From the NCBI GenBank assembly GCA_965250075.1, contig CBDFNH010000007.1, forward strand, positions 554,709 through 618,708: DNA of 64,000 bases. The letters are read 5' to 3'. The number at the start of each line of letters is the position of its first letter. The first letter of the stretch is position 1. Position numbers and translations under genes: made by a program. The notes under the pieces are model-generated. The model saw nothing but the letters and a program-made list of their open reading frames with translations. It ran no database searches and had not been told where the DNA came from. This document shows, one piece after another, positions 1 through 9,557 of the stretch. Source of the stretch: Mariniblastus sp. (GTDB taxonomy: Bacteria; Planctomycetota; Planctomycetia; Pirellulales; Pirellulaceae).

Positions 1-879
1 CAAAACGTCAAAGGAGCCAGCCGGATTCTGCGGATCGGCTGGGAAGCAACCTGGCGGATCATGCAGCGGGCCGTGGCCAGAGGCAAAGCGCGAAAGCAGG
101 CTCAGCCGCTGCCGCACATCGGTATCGACGAGAAGTCGTTTGCCAAAGGCCAAAGCTACATGACGCTGATTTATGACGTGGCGGGCAGCACCGTTGAAGC
201 GATTGCCGAGGGGCATGACACCGAGGCGGCGAATGCCTGTTTCGCCGGTCTTTTACCGGGTCAAACTGAAACCGTGGAAGCGATCGCGATGGACATGAGT
301 TCCGCCTTTATCAAAAGCGCAAAAGAGAACATTCCACGGGCCGAAAACAAGATCGTCCACGACCGCTTCCACGTCATGAAGTTGATGACCGAAGCAGTCG
401 ACAAAACGCGCAGGAAGGAAAACAAGTCGCTCCAGGCTGAAGGGGACAAACGGCTCACTGGAACGCGCTACCTGTGGCTTCGCAATCTGGAGAATCTCAG
501 TGAGAAACAACGAGCGGCATTCGATGAAGTGTGCGATGCGAAACTACAGACAGGCAAGGCGTGGACCTACAAGGAAATCCTCCGGGACATGTGGCATCAC
601 GACTGTTCCGCCGAAGCGAAACAGTTCTTCAAGTTCTGGTACAAGAAAGTCATCCACACCAATCTGAACGAAGTCAAAAAGGTCGCTCGCACGATCAAAA
701 AGCGGCTGGAAAACATCGTCAACTATTGCGACTTCGACGGACTCACCAACGCTGTCGCCGAAGGAATCAACAGCAAGATCCAGTCCATCAAACGAAGAGT
801 CGGAGGATTCAGAAACAAAGAAAACTACAAAACCGCGATCTTCTTCTACTGCGGTGGACTCAACCTGGACCCACACTAA
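1..879 (+). mobile_element. ISL3-family transposase gene, 5' end cut by the window edge
   Basis: Frame 1 is open from nt 1 (QNVKGASRILRIGWEATWRIM...) into ORF 61..879. ISL3 DDE-type motifs: IGIDEKSFAKGQSYMTL, HDRFHVMK, GINSKIQSIKRRVGGFRN. Terminal inverted repeats cannot be called without the left end. Confidence 0.85.
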
Positions 880-997
880 ACCGCGATGGACCAAAAAGTG
901 CAATACGTCTAATCGTCACCGCTTGCCAAGAAAAAAACACTCGATAAACTGCGTTCTCCTATTTCGAGAAAGTCAACATATTCACAGGAACGCAGAC

Positions 998-2515
998 ATG
1001 AAAAGACGGACAAGAATTGTTAACGGTAACGGAAATTCATACTCAAAACTCGAAGATCGAAAACTCCTTGCATCTCTAAGCAACGGCATTCTGTTTGTGC
1101 CCGGGACAAATTCGGATGATACGATTCAAATTGACCCGTCAGGAGACATGATTGACGTTACGGTTAATGGAAGCGTAGAGTCGTTCTTGGCGTCGGCAGT
1201 TACCGATAAGATTGACATTAGGGGTTATGATGGTAACGACACGATTTCGAACAACACGTCGTTGCCATCAACCATTCGGGGTGCAGGCGGGGACGATATA
1301 ATCAATGGTGGATCGGGCCAAGATTTCATGTACGGAGGGCTCGGAGTCGACGAATTTCATGGGGGCGATGGAAACGACTGGATTTACTCTGGTGGGATGT
1401 TTGTTGGCAACAACGGTCCCGTAGGTGGAGAGCTTGTTTATGGAGATGCTGGAAATGATACAATCCGCATCCAGCCAGACACAAAGGGCTCGGATGATGA
1501 ACATGGCGCGACCGTTTATGGCGGAGACGGAAATGACCGTATCTATGGCATCCCTAGCAAAGAGGGTGATCTGAGTCCACAAATTGGCGGAGACGACACG
1601 TTTTTCGGTGGTGATGGCGATGATTTTATAAGGGGACAGACAGGCCGCGATCGAATTTTTGGAGGCAATGGTAACGACAGGATTTTTGGTGGAGATGGAA
1701 TTGACACGCTCGAAGGCGGACTGGGCGATGACGAAATTTACACGGAACTCGGACAGGGAAACGGTTATACCGATCAAGAGACCGCCTTTGGTGACACCAG
1801 TATTGATACGGCGAGCAACACGGCAACAATCGAAATCGAGGCCCTTTATCACGACCTCTCAACAGGCGACATTGTTGAGATCTGGGGCGTCAAAGGAAAC
1901 GATGCGGCCAATGGGCGACACACTATTACGGTTACTGACCAGCACCATTTTGAACTTCAGGGAGCAACCGGAAGCGGTACCTACACCGTTGGCGGCGAAT
2001 ACGCGCTGGTTGACCCCATCACCAATGAACCGGGTGGTGGAAATGATCAGGTATACGGCGGAGACGGCCTTCAGTTCCTTTATGGAGGGGCTGGAGACGA
2101 TACCATTCGAGATGATGGTACTGGTGCGGACCAACTCTTTGGTGGATTTGGTGATGACAACGTGGTATCAGCTTCGCAGGGAGATAAACTATTTGGCGGT
2201 GAAGGGAACGACACAATGAGATTGCTTGACAGCAGTTTCTACACAGGTGTCACTGCTCTCATTGAAGGGGGCAACGGTAACGACCACTACTTAGTTCGTT
2301 ACACCTTCGACCCGAATGCAACGACCGACATAATCAGGTTGACAGAATTGGATCTTCAAGGCAATTTCGACAGGGTATCAATAGTTGGCGATACGCCGAC
2401 AACTATCGAGTGGGCAGGCACAAACGATGAAGAAATTTGGGTTGATGGAGAGGCGATCAAGATCGTACTAAATACATTTGACGATTTCGAACTCTTTCCT
2501 GCGGGAATAGTTTAG
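998..2515 (+). CDS. secreted RTX / hemolysin-type calcium-binding repeat protein
   Basis: ATG at 998 inside ORF 854..2515. Many GGxGxD nonapeptides (GGDGNDWIY, GDAGNDTIR, GGNGNDRIFGGDGIDTLEGGLGDDEIY). N-terminal KLEDRKLLA motif. Confidence 0.85.
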   Translation: MKRRTRIVNGNGNSYSKLEDRKLLASLSNGILFVPGTNSDDTIQIDPSGDMIDVTVNGSVESFLASAVTDKIDIRGYDGNDTISNNTSLPSTIRGAGGDDIINGGSGQDFMYGGLGVDEFHGGDGNDWIYSGGMFVGNNGPVGGELVYGDAGNDTIRIQPDTKGSDDEHGATVYGGDGNDRIYGIPSKEGDLSPQIGGDDTFFGGDGDDFIRGQTGRDRIFGGNGNDRIFGGDGIDTLEGGLGDDEIYTELGQGNGYTDQETAFGDTSIDTASNTATIEIEALYHDLSTGDIVEIWGVKGNDAANGRHTITVTDQHHFELQGATGSGTYTVGGEYALVDPITNEPGGGNDQVYGGDGLQFLYGGAGDDTIRDDGTGADQLFGGFGDDNVVSASQGDKLFGGEGNDTMRLLDSSFYTGVTALIEGGNGNDHYLVRYTFDPNATTDIIRLTELDLQGNFDRVSIVGDTPTTIEWAGTNDEEIWVDGEAIKIVLNTFDDFELFPAGIV

Positions 2516-2523
2516 GCCCACAG

Positions 2524-2570
2524 AAAAAAAGTCAACAACCGGTCGAGGCCGGTTGTTCTTTTGTCTCTTT
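2524..2570. terminator. bidirectional intrinsic terminator between convergent genes
   Basis: 9-bp stem AACAACCGG (2534-2542) / CCGGTTGTT (2549-2557). It is preceded by A7 and followed by a T-rich run, between the RTX stop (2515) and the kinase stop (2577). Confidence 0.7.
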
Positions 2571-2576
2571 AGGCAA

Positions 2577-4220
2577 TCAATTACCGTTTTTTCTTCGCCG
2601 GTAATACTTCAAACCGGAAAAAAAGAAACACGCTCCGGCAACGACGCCGAAAATCGACATCGCGTACGTCGGATAGACTGCCATCACCCATGACGTTGCA
2701 AACAGTGCAACCGCCTGAATGTAAAAACTGCCGGACAGAATCCCGGCTTTGATTAGAAACGTCATTCCCGCAACGATCGCGAGAACCGGCGCGAGCGACA
2801 AGACCTCCAGATCCAACTGCCTCTCAATTGGAAACAACAAAGCGACACAGCACATGCTGGCCGCCCAGACATGGGCAACCTGTCGCTCGACAAAGGTCAC
2901 CGGCCCCATCCGCCGCCGTACATTCATAAACACGATCGCCCACATTCCGAATCCGGCGGTCCACAAGAGCCAGTAGCCCAGAGTCGACTCGACATTGCAC
3001 AAAAACATGACATTCGTTGCCACGCTTGCCACCAGCAGAACAAGCGAATGCCACATCCAGAGCAACCCCCAGTTCTCCAGCACCGCGGCGTGATGCGTTT
3101 CGCGAAAGAGATTCGACACGACCTGGCCGATCCGCCCCTCGCTCGCAGACACCGGTTCATTATTGAGGAACGCTTCGAGATCATTGGCCAGTTGCCCCGC
3201 ACTCGAATACCGAAGATCTCGTGGTTTTTGCAAACATCGCATGGCAATGTTTTCAAGCGACCGGTCGACGCGCCGGTTCAGAACGCGCGGCGCAATCGGA
3301 TCCTGTTCGAGAACCATCAAAACAGTATCAACCGGAGTCGAAGCCAGGAACGGCGGGCGTCCGGCCAGCATATGATAGAGGATTGCACCCAGCGAATAGA
3401 CATCGCTCGCGCTTGAAATCTCGCCGCGAGTTCCCGCCGCCTGTTCCGGAGCCATGTATGACGGCGTGCCCAGAACGGCACCGGAACGAGTCAACGAATG
3501 CTGGTTCATGTCATGTTTGGCCAGGCCGAAGTCAGCGACATACGCTATGCCCTCTTCATCGATCAGAATGTTGGACGGTTTGAGATCGCGATGCAGGACC
3601 CCGTTTTCATGCGCGTAGTCGATCGCGCGGGCGATATCGGCCAGCATTTGCGCGCCGCGACGAGACGGAACCGGGCCGCGTAGCAATCGTTGAGAGAGTG
3701 TCTCACCTTCGATCAGTTTCATACAAAAAAACGGCCGCCCCTGATGTTCTCCGATTTCATAAATCGGAATGATATTCGGATGGTCCAGTCGCAGTGCTGC
3801 ATCGGCTTCCGCCTGAAACCGTTTGCGCTCGATGTCTGAAGCGAATTCGCCCTTGAGCATCATCTTGATCGCGCAGTACGAACCGTCCGAATCTCGCCGG
3901 GCTCGGTAGACGATCCCCATCCCGCCGCGACCGATCTCTTCGAGCAGCGTGTAATGGCCCAGCGAAAACGGCAACTCCAGTGCCGATGCCGCCCCGCTTG
4001 AACCTGAATTTGAACCTGCACTGTGAAACGAAGTAGTCGGCTGATCGCGTCCCGCCGCACCGGTCAGCACCAGCGTGCCCCATAATTCACGCAGGTCGTT
4101 AGCAAACTGCGGATGGTCGCGGCAGACATCTTCCAGCAACACCTGCTGACCTTCCGTCATTCGATCACCAATCCCTGCAATCAGGTTTGCAAAACGTTGC
4201 TCGTAGTCAGCATCAGGCAT
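2577..4220 (-). CDS. Ser/Thr protein kinase with C-terminal multi-pass membrane domain
   Basis: ATG confirmed at 4220. Hanks kinase motifs GRGGMGIVY, HRDLKPSNILI, DFGLAK, GTPSYMAPE. C-terminal ~190 aa is hydrophobic with several predicted TM helices. Confidence 0.9.
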   Translation of the reverse strand: MPDADYEQRFANLIAGIGDRMTEGQQVLLEDVCRDHPQFANDLRELWGTLVLTGAAGRDQPTTSFHSAGSNSGSSGAASALELPFSLGHYTLLEEIGRGGMGIVYRARRDSDGSYCAIKMMLKGEFASDIERKRFQAEADAALRLDHPNIIPIYEIGEHQGRPFFCMKLIEGETLSQRLLRGPVPSRRGAQMLADIARAIDYAHENGVLHRDLKPSNILIDEEGIAYVADFGLAKHDMNQHSLTRSGAVLGTPSYMAPEQAAGTRGEISSASDVYSLGAILYHMLAGRPPFLASTPVDTVLMVLEQDPIAPRVLNRRVDRSLENIAMRCLQKPRDLRYSSAGQLANDLEAFLNNEPVSASEGRIGQVVSNLFRETHHAAVLENWGLLWMWHSLVLLVASVATNVMFLCNVESTLGYWLLWTAGFGMWAIVFMNVRRRMGPVTFVERQVAHVWAASMCCVALLFPIERQLDLEVLSLAPVLAIVAGMTFLIKAGILSGSFYIQAVALFATSWVMAVYPTYAMSIFGVVAGACFFFSGLKYYRRRKNGN

Positions 4221-4270
4221 AAAGAGAAAGAGGGTTCAGGAACGGAATGCGGGACGCTTGCGCTTTTCAT

Positions 4271-4310
4271 TAATTGTCAATTATTTCTTGTTCACTATTA
4301 ATTATTGACA
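4271..4310. promoter_or_regulatory. AT-rich block containing the perfect palindrome TAATTGTCAATTA (4272-4284)
   Basis: 40-nt AT-rich island in otherwise GC-rich DNA, 50-90 nt upstream of the kinase start and just downstream of the sigma gene. Related blocks at 7987-8030, 10883-10920, 37877-37918 and 40336-40362. Confidence 0.3.
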
Positions 4311-4358
4311 GCGCAATTTTTGACCGCGCAAGCTCTCAACCGGCCTCCATCGTCACTG

Positions 4359-5009
4359 CTACCTGGCATCCTGAATCGAATCATCATCCGGCAGTTCATC
4401 CTGCAGCGCCGCCTTCAGTCTGCGAACCGCGCGCAGGTATCGCATGCTCGCCGCCGGTTCGCTCAGGTCCAGCAAATGCGCGATTTCCTGATTGGAAAGA
4501 TGTTCGTAATGGCGCATGACAACGATTTCGCTGTCGCGGTCGTCCAGTTGCGTAATCGCCTGTTCAACTTTTCGTGCCATCTCCGCCTGAACCGCCTGAG
4601 CGGCTGGAGTCAGTCGCTGATCACCCAGCATTGCCATCAACTGCACCGAGGACTGGTCGTAGCCTCGCAGCGCAACCATCGCCTGTTCGCGATCGACACT
4701 TCTGCGTGCGGAAACACGGTGGCGGCGGTGAGCATCAATGATCCGGTCGCGGGCGATCTGGCGCAGCCATAAATGAAACGGCATGACCGGATTTGCGAGG
4801 TAGGTCTGCAGCCGGCGATTGGCTTCGACAAACACATCCTGAACCACATCGCTGACATCCACGCGCCGCTGAATCTTGTGATCCAGCCGCATTCGCACCA
4901 GCTGTTTGACGGAATCGCGATGGCGGTCGAGCAACTGATTCACGGCGGAATCGTCGCCCTTCCGGGCATCGGCGAGCAACTCTTGCGTTTTGTCCTGTTC
5001 GGGCCACAT
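4359..5009 (-). CDS. ECF-type RNA polymerase sigma-70 family factor
   Basis: ATG at 5009 (MWPEQDKTQELL) inside ORF 4359..5090. Region 2 (DVVQDVFVEANRR...PFHLWLRQIARDRIID) and region 4 HTH (LSNQEIAHLLDLSEPAASMRYLRAVRRL). Confidence 0.9.
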   Translation of the reverse strand: MWPEQDKTQELLADARKGDDSAVNQLLDRHRDSVKQLVRMRLDHKIQRRVDVSDVVQDVFVEANRRLQTYLANPVMPFHLWLRQIARDRIIDAHRRHRVSARRSVDREQAMVALRGYDQSSVQLMAMLGDQRLTPAAQAVQAEMARKVEQAITQLDDRDSEIVVMRHYEHLSNQEIAHLLDLSEPAASMRYLRAVRRLKAALQDELPDDDSIQDAR

Positions 5010-5100
5010 ACAGCTATTATCACCACCGCAGCAGAAAACACCACGTGTATTTGGACCATCGTGGACGTGAAAAAGTGTCGCAACACCCACCCTTCATCCT

Positions 5101-5129
5101 TCCTCCGGGAGGGCCGGAGCCTAAGCGAC
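5101..5129. repeat. dispersed element GGGAGGGYCGRAGCCTAAGCGA, copy 1
   Basis: TCCTCCGGGAGGGCCGGAGCCTAAGCGAC. It shares 19/21 nt with 37963-37983. Confidence 0.6.
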
Positions 5130-5171
5130 TGGCAGTGACGAATGTAAGTGAGATCGGACGGTCAACGCCAA

Positions 5172-6485
5172 CTAGTTGTCGTGTCGGACAAGAATCCGCA
5201 ACGCGTCGCTGAGATAGTCGATCTGTGCTGCCGAGTTGTAGAGATGACATGAAACGCGGACAAACCAGCGACCGGCGAAATCAATGATAGGAATCTCGAT
5301 CCCGAACACCTCCCACAAACGGAGCTGCAATGTGGAATAGTGGCCGGCGGCGGAGTCGGGCATGTCACCTTCGGCCATGTCCGATGCCAGAACCACGCCG
5401 GCGGCGGGTAGCGGAACATGCGCCATCGATCCGTACCAGCCGTTTTCGCGTTTGCCGATCGGAGTCGTGCCAAACTGAGCTGCGAGTTTCTTCTCGGCGT
5501 AATTCGCCAGCGAACGGGATCGCCCGCGGAACTCCGAAACTCCGACGCCCTGCATGAACTCGATCGCATCAGGCAACGTGAGAAAAACACTCGGGTCCTT
5601 CGTTCCCATCCACGTAAATTCCTCGTCCCAGCGCTCGGGTAGCGCAGGCAACAGCCGACCCCAGCTCTTGATCGCCGGTCGAATAAACTTGTGGGAATGC
5701 GGAACCGCGTAGAGAAACCCGCTTCCCAACGGTCCGCACAACCACTTGTGACAACTAGACGTGTAGAAATCACAGCCGATTTCCTCGACATTCAAGTCCA
5801 CATGCATCGGCGCGTGAGGTCCGTCAATACAAACCGGAACCCCCCGCTCCGCCATCGCAGCACAAATTTCCTTGACTGGAAGAATCAGCGCGGTAGCCGA
5901 TGTGATGTGGCTGATCACCAGCAACCGTGTCCGGTCAGTCACACGCGAGACGATGGCATCAACGACTTCCTGTTTGGAATCGATTTGCGCCGGGAGGTTA
6001 ACGATCTTCTTTTGAGCGCCGCTCCGAATGCAGGCCCGGTCCCAGATCCGGTTGACTGCGCCGTATTCGTGGTCGCTCAGCAAGACCTCGTCGTCCGTTT
6101 GCAGCGGAAAACTGTCAGCGACAACATTCATCCCGTACGTTGCGTTGTCGACGAAGACCAGGTTTTCCATCTTCGTACCGACGGACCGGGCAAGAGAATC
6201 ACGTGCATGTTCAAGGTGACCTTCCAGCTGCCGCACGTAGAAATCCATCGGCTGTTCGTCCAGCCGCATGATCCAGCGCCGCCTGGCCATGCGAACACGG
6301 TCCGGTGACGGTCCGAACGATCCATGGTTCAGATACGTCGTGTCGGCACGAATCGACCATTCGGCCGCCAGTTGTACCCACTGCGAATCATCGAGAAACC
6401 GGCCGCCGCAGGATGCACTTGCAGTTCCGGCAGCCAAACGGGACAGCCTGGTCGTCGCACCGTTTTTCGTTCCGGTTTGCTGCAT
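5172..6485 (-). CDS. class V aminotransferase (cysteine desulfurase / isopenicillin-N epimerase-like, PLP-dependent)
   Basis: 437-aa ORF with ATG at 6485. PLP-lysine context SSCHKWLCGPLGSGFLY, N-terminal YLNHGSFGPSP. Confidence 0.85.
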   Translation of the reverse strand: MQQTGTKNGATTRLSRLAAGTASASCGGRFLDDSQWVQLAAEWSIRADTTYLNHGSFGPSPDRVRMARRRWIMRLDEQPMDFYVRQLEGHLEHARDSLARSVGTKMENLVFVDNATYGMNVVADSFPLQTDDEVLLSDHEYGAVNRIWDRACIRSGAQKKIVNLPAQIDSKQEVVDAIVSRVTDRTRLLVISHITSATALILPVKEICAAMAERGVPVCIDGPHAPMHVDLNVEEIGCDFYTSSCHKWLCGPLGSGFLYAVPHSHKFIRPAIKSWGRLLPALPERWDEEFTWMGTKDPSVFLTLPDAIEFMQGVGVSEFRGRSRSLANYAEKKLAAQFGTTPIGKRENGWYGSMAHVPLPAAGVVLASDMAEGDMPDSAAGHYSTLQLRLWEVFGIEIPIIDFAGRWFVRVSCHLYNSAAQIDYLSDALRILVRHDN

Positions 6486-6607
6486 CGTTCACATTTCCAT
6501 GTCTGAATCACAATGACGCGGGATCCGCTTCCAGCCGTGTCTTTTCCGTTCGTCACGTCAACAAGCTGAAAGCGTATCCCACGTACCTGCCGGCATCAGG
6601 GGCATAT

Positions 6608-7639
6608 TTACGCGTTTACGTTCATGTTGCCGCAAGCACCCTTCACTGTCTTGATAATCTCGGCGGCAACCTTATACGGATCAGCGTTGGAAGCAGGTCG
6701 ACGGTCTTCCAGCCAGCCCTTCCAGCCATTGGTAACGGTCGCAACCGGAATTCGGATCGACGCGCCCCGATCTGAAACGCCATAACTGAATTCGTCGATC
6801 TTCTGTGTTTCATGCAGGCCGGTCAGCCGCTGGTTGTTGTCCGCACCGTAGACTTCAATGTGCTGTTTGACGCGCGGTGCAAAAGCCTCGCAGACCTTGC
6901 TGTAGATTTCCTTGCTGCCACACTCACGCAGGATCGTGTTCGAGAAATTCGCGTGCATCCCGCTCCCGTTCCAGTCAGTCGGGCCGAGCGGTTTCGGGTG
7001 CCAGTTAATCGCCATGCCGTAGTTCTCTGCCGTTCGTTCGAGCAGGTATCGGGCGATCCAGACTTGATCGCCCGCCGCGCGCGCGCCTTTCGCAAAAACC
7101 TGGAACTCCCACTGTCCGGCTGCAACCTCCGCATTGATTCCTTCAACATTCAGACCTGCGTCAAGACAAAGGTCGAGGTGCTCTTCGACCAGCGGACGGC
7201 CGTGCGCGTTTTTCGCGCCGACCGAACAGTAATAAGGACCCTGTGGCGCGGGATAGCCACCGATCGGAAATCCAGGAGGCAGATTCGTATCGACATCCCA
7301 GAGAAAATACTCCTGCTCGAAACCGAACCAGAAATCGTTGTCATCGTCTTCGATCGTCGCACGGGCGTTGGATTCATGAGGCTGGCTCTCCGCAGACAAC
7401 ACTTCGGTCATCACCAGATATCCGCCGCGGCGGGCAGGGTCATCAAAAACAGCAACCGGTTTGAGCAGACAGTCGGACGAACCGCCCTCAGCCTGTCCGG
7501 TCGAACTTCCGTCAAAGCACCAGACCGGGCAGTCTTCAAATTTTCCACTGAAATCTGTTTCAACCCGGGTCTTGCTGCGGAGACCCTGAGTCGGACTGCT
7601 GCCGTCCAGCCAGATATACTCGAGTTTGGATTTAGCCAT
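6608..7639 (-). CDS. glnII: glutamine synthetase, type II (GSII)
   Basis: ATG at 7639 (MAKSKLEYIWLDG); the track start at 7648 is TTG. GGAG lies 11 nt upstream. GSII-type motifs DWNGSGMHANFS and RLTGLHETQKIDEFSYGVSDRGASIRIP; ~343 aa. Confidence 0.9.
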   Translation of the reverse strand: MAKSKLEYIWLDGSSPTQGLRSKTRVETDFSGKFEDCPVWCFDGSSTGQAEGGSSDCLLKPVAVFDDPARRGGYLVMTEVLSAESQPHESNARATIEDDDNDFWFGFEQEYFLWDVDTNLPPGFPIGGYPAPQGPYYCSVGAKNAHGRPLVEEHLDLCLDAGLNVEGINAEVAAGQWEFQVFAKGARAAGDQVWIARYLLERTAENYGMAINWHPKPLGPTDWNGSGMHANFSNTILRECGSKEIYSKVCEAFAPRVKQHIEVYGADNNQRLTGLHETQKIDEFSYGVSDRGASIRIPVATVTNGWKGWLEDRRPASNADPYKVAAEIIKTVKGACGNMNVNA

Positions 7640-7986
7640 GACCTGCAAAACTCCATAGTTTTCTTGTTAGTCTTGATCGTCCGTATTCACCCTGCCTGTT
7701 TAGGGCAGGCCGGACGCAGTAGCAGCCGGGGAGAGAGACCGGGCTCGGCTCGTACTCCCGTTTACACTTCAATGCATGCTACTGATCTTAGCTGACTCAG
7801 TCTGAATTCAAAGAGCTCGGTCGGCTTTGCAATGTTCACTCGGCCCGGTCAAAACCTGCGATCCGGCCAACGCAAATCGCAACTGCTCCGGTCACGCGAA
7901 CAAACCGTCCTTTAGCCATGCGTTCCGGCGCGCGCTTTTCCGTTCACTGACCGGTGACGTGTTGCAGTTTTTCTCCCGCCCCCCTA

Positions 7987-8030
7987 TTTTCAATTCTCTA
8001 ATTTCAATTCTCTAATTGTCAAAATTTTTC
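7987..8030. promoter_or_regulatory. AT-rich block with 14-bp direct repeat TTCAATTCTCTAAT x2 followed by TGTCAAAA
   Basis: Repeats at 7989-8002 and 8003-8016, 15-55 nt upstream of the ATG at 8045. Contains CTAATTGTCA, related to the 4272 palindrome half-site. Confidence 0.3.
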
Positions 8031-8044
8031 CTGAAGAGATTTTC

Positions 8045-9454
8045 ATGCCCGCGATCGGACCGGAAAAACACGTCCTAATTCTTTGCACCGGCAATTCCTG
8101 CAGGTCCCAGATGGCTCAAGCTATCTGGCAGCATCTGGGCAACCGGCCGGGGCAGCATTGCGCCTGTTCATGGACAGCGAGTTCCGCCGGCAGCAAACCG
8201 TCAGGCTACGTCCATCCGCTGGCCATTCGGGCAATTGAAGAAATCGGCCTGCCCGTCGAAGGCCTCAACAGCAAACACGTTGATCAGTTTACCGCCGACT
8301 CCAGCCGGGTTCCAATCGATCTCGCTGTCACCGTTTGTGATAACGCAAAAAAAAGCTGCCCCGTGCTGCCCGGTGCCGGAGAGACACTGCACTGGCCGTT
8401 TAACGACCCCGCCGATGCGACCGGCGACGACGAACAAAAAATGATTACTTTCCGTCGCGTTCGCGACGAAATCAAATCTCAAATCGAACATTACCTTTCT
8501 GGAAAAATGATGGACGAACCAACAAGCAACGATTGCCTTGAATTGATCCGCCTTGCTCTGATTGAAGACATTGGCACGTCCGACGTCGCTCAGGGTATCG
8601 ATTGCACCAGCGATGCCGTGGTCCCGGGCGGCGCGACTGCATCAGCCGCATTTGTTGCGCGCGAGGACGGGATCGTCTGTGGGGTCGAGGTCGCTCGACT
8701 TGCGATCGAGCATTTCGCCCCGAAACTTTCACTCGAGATCCGGATTGAAGACGGGGCCGAAGTAAAAAAAGGCGAGACCATCGCCGTACTCGCCGGTCCG
8801 GCCCATAAGATTCTAGTCATGGAGCGAACCTGTCTGAACTTCATGTGCCGCCTGTCCGGGATTGCAACACTGACCCGCCAGCATGTCGATCGCGTTGCAG
8901 GCACGAACGCGGAAGTACTCGACACCCGCAAGACATTGCCCGGCTGGCGACGGCTGGAAAAGTACGCGGTCAAATGCGGTGGCGGAACGAATCACCGGAT
9001 GGGGCTCTACGATGCCGTGATGATTAAGGACAACCATCTTGCGTTCCACCGTACGATGGTCGATGACAGTGACGACACCATTCCAGCAGCCGTCAAACTT
9101 GCGCGGAGTTGGATCGCAGATCACGAGGAGAGGCTGCCAGGCGGAGCCAACACGATCCTTCAACTTGAAGTCGATACGCTCGAGCAGTTTGCAATCGCGC
9201 TCACCTGCGCGCCCGACATCGTGTTGCTGGACAACATGAGCACCAAACAACTGACGCGAGCCGTTGAGATGCGAGATGCGGCAGGTCCTGGCGATCCGAT
9301 CAACGACAAGACGATCCTGCTCGAAGCATCGGGAGGAGTAAACCTCGATACGATCGGCGCGATTGCTCAGACGGGCGTCGAGAGAATCAGTGTCGGCGCG
9401 GTAACGCATTCGTCGAAGAACTTCGACATTGGGCTCGACTGGACTCGCTCCTGA
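8045..9454 (+). CDS. nadC: fusion protein: ArsC/LMW-phosphatase-type arsenate reductase domain + nicotinate-nucleotide pyrophosphorylase (NadC)
   Basis: Single uninterrupted 469-aa ORF. aa 1-150 carry CTGNSCRSQMA plus SAGS..VHP..VTVCDNA. aa ~160-469 carry LIEDIG, TRKTLPGWRRLEKYAVKCGGGTNHRMGLYDAVMIKDNH, LLEASGGV. Internal MM at nt 8507. Confidence 0.85.
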   Translation: MPAIGPEKHVLILCTGNSCRSQMAQAIWQHLGNRPGQHCACSWTASSAGSKPSGYVHPLAIRAIEEIGLPVEGLNSKHVDQFTADSSRVPIDLAVTVCDNAKKSCPVLPGAGETLHWPFNDPADATGDDEQKMITFRRVRDEIKSQIEHYLSGKMMDEPTSNDCLELIRLALIEDIGTSDVAQGIDCTSDAVVPGGATASAAFVAREDGIVCGVEVARLAIEHFAPKLSLEIRIEDGAEVKKGETIAVLAGPAHKILVMERTCLNFMCRLSGIATLTRQHVDRVAGTNAEVLDTRKTLPGWRRLEKYAVKCGGGTNHRMGLYDAVMIKDNHLAFHRTMVDDSDDTIPAAVKLARSWIADHEERLPGGANTILQLEVDTLEQFAIALTCAPDIVLLDNMSTKQLTRAVEMRDAAGPGDPINDKTILLEASGGVNLDTIGAIAQTGVERISVGAVTHSSKNFDIGLDWTRS

Positions 9455-9557
9455 ATCTTGCCCGGCTGTTGTCTCAACCGAACGGCGATAGCCGCAGTTT
9501 TCATTGAGACGCCGGAAATTGATATTACGTGGCTGCCTAGGCGATCCGTCAGCGCAT

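Noticed and set aside
7640-7800. Glutamine/nitrogen riboswitch in the glnII 5' leader
   Set aside because: Small hairpins exist (for example CCTGCC...GGCAGG around 7691-7709), but I could not match the conserved glnA-motif core by eye. A covariance-model scan would be required.
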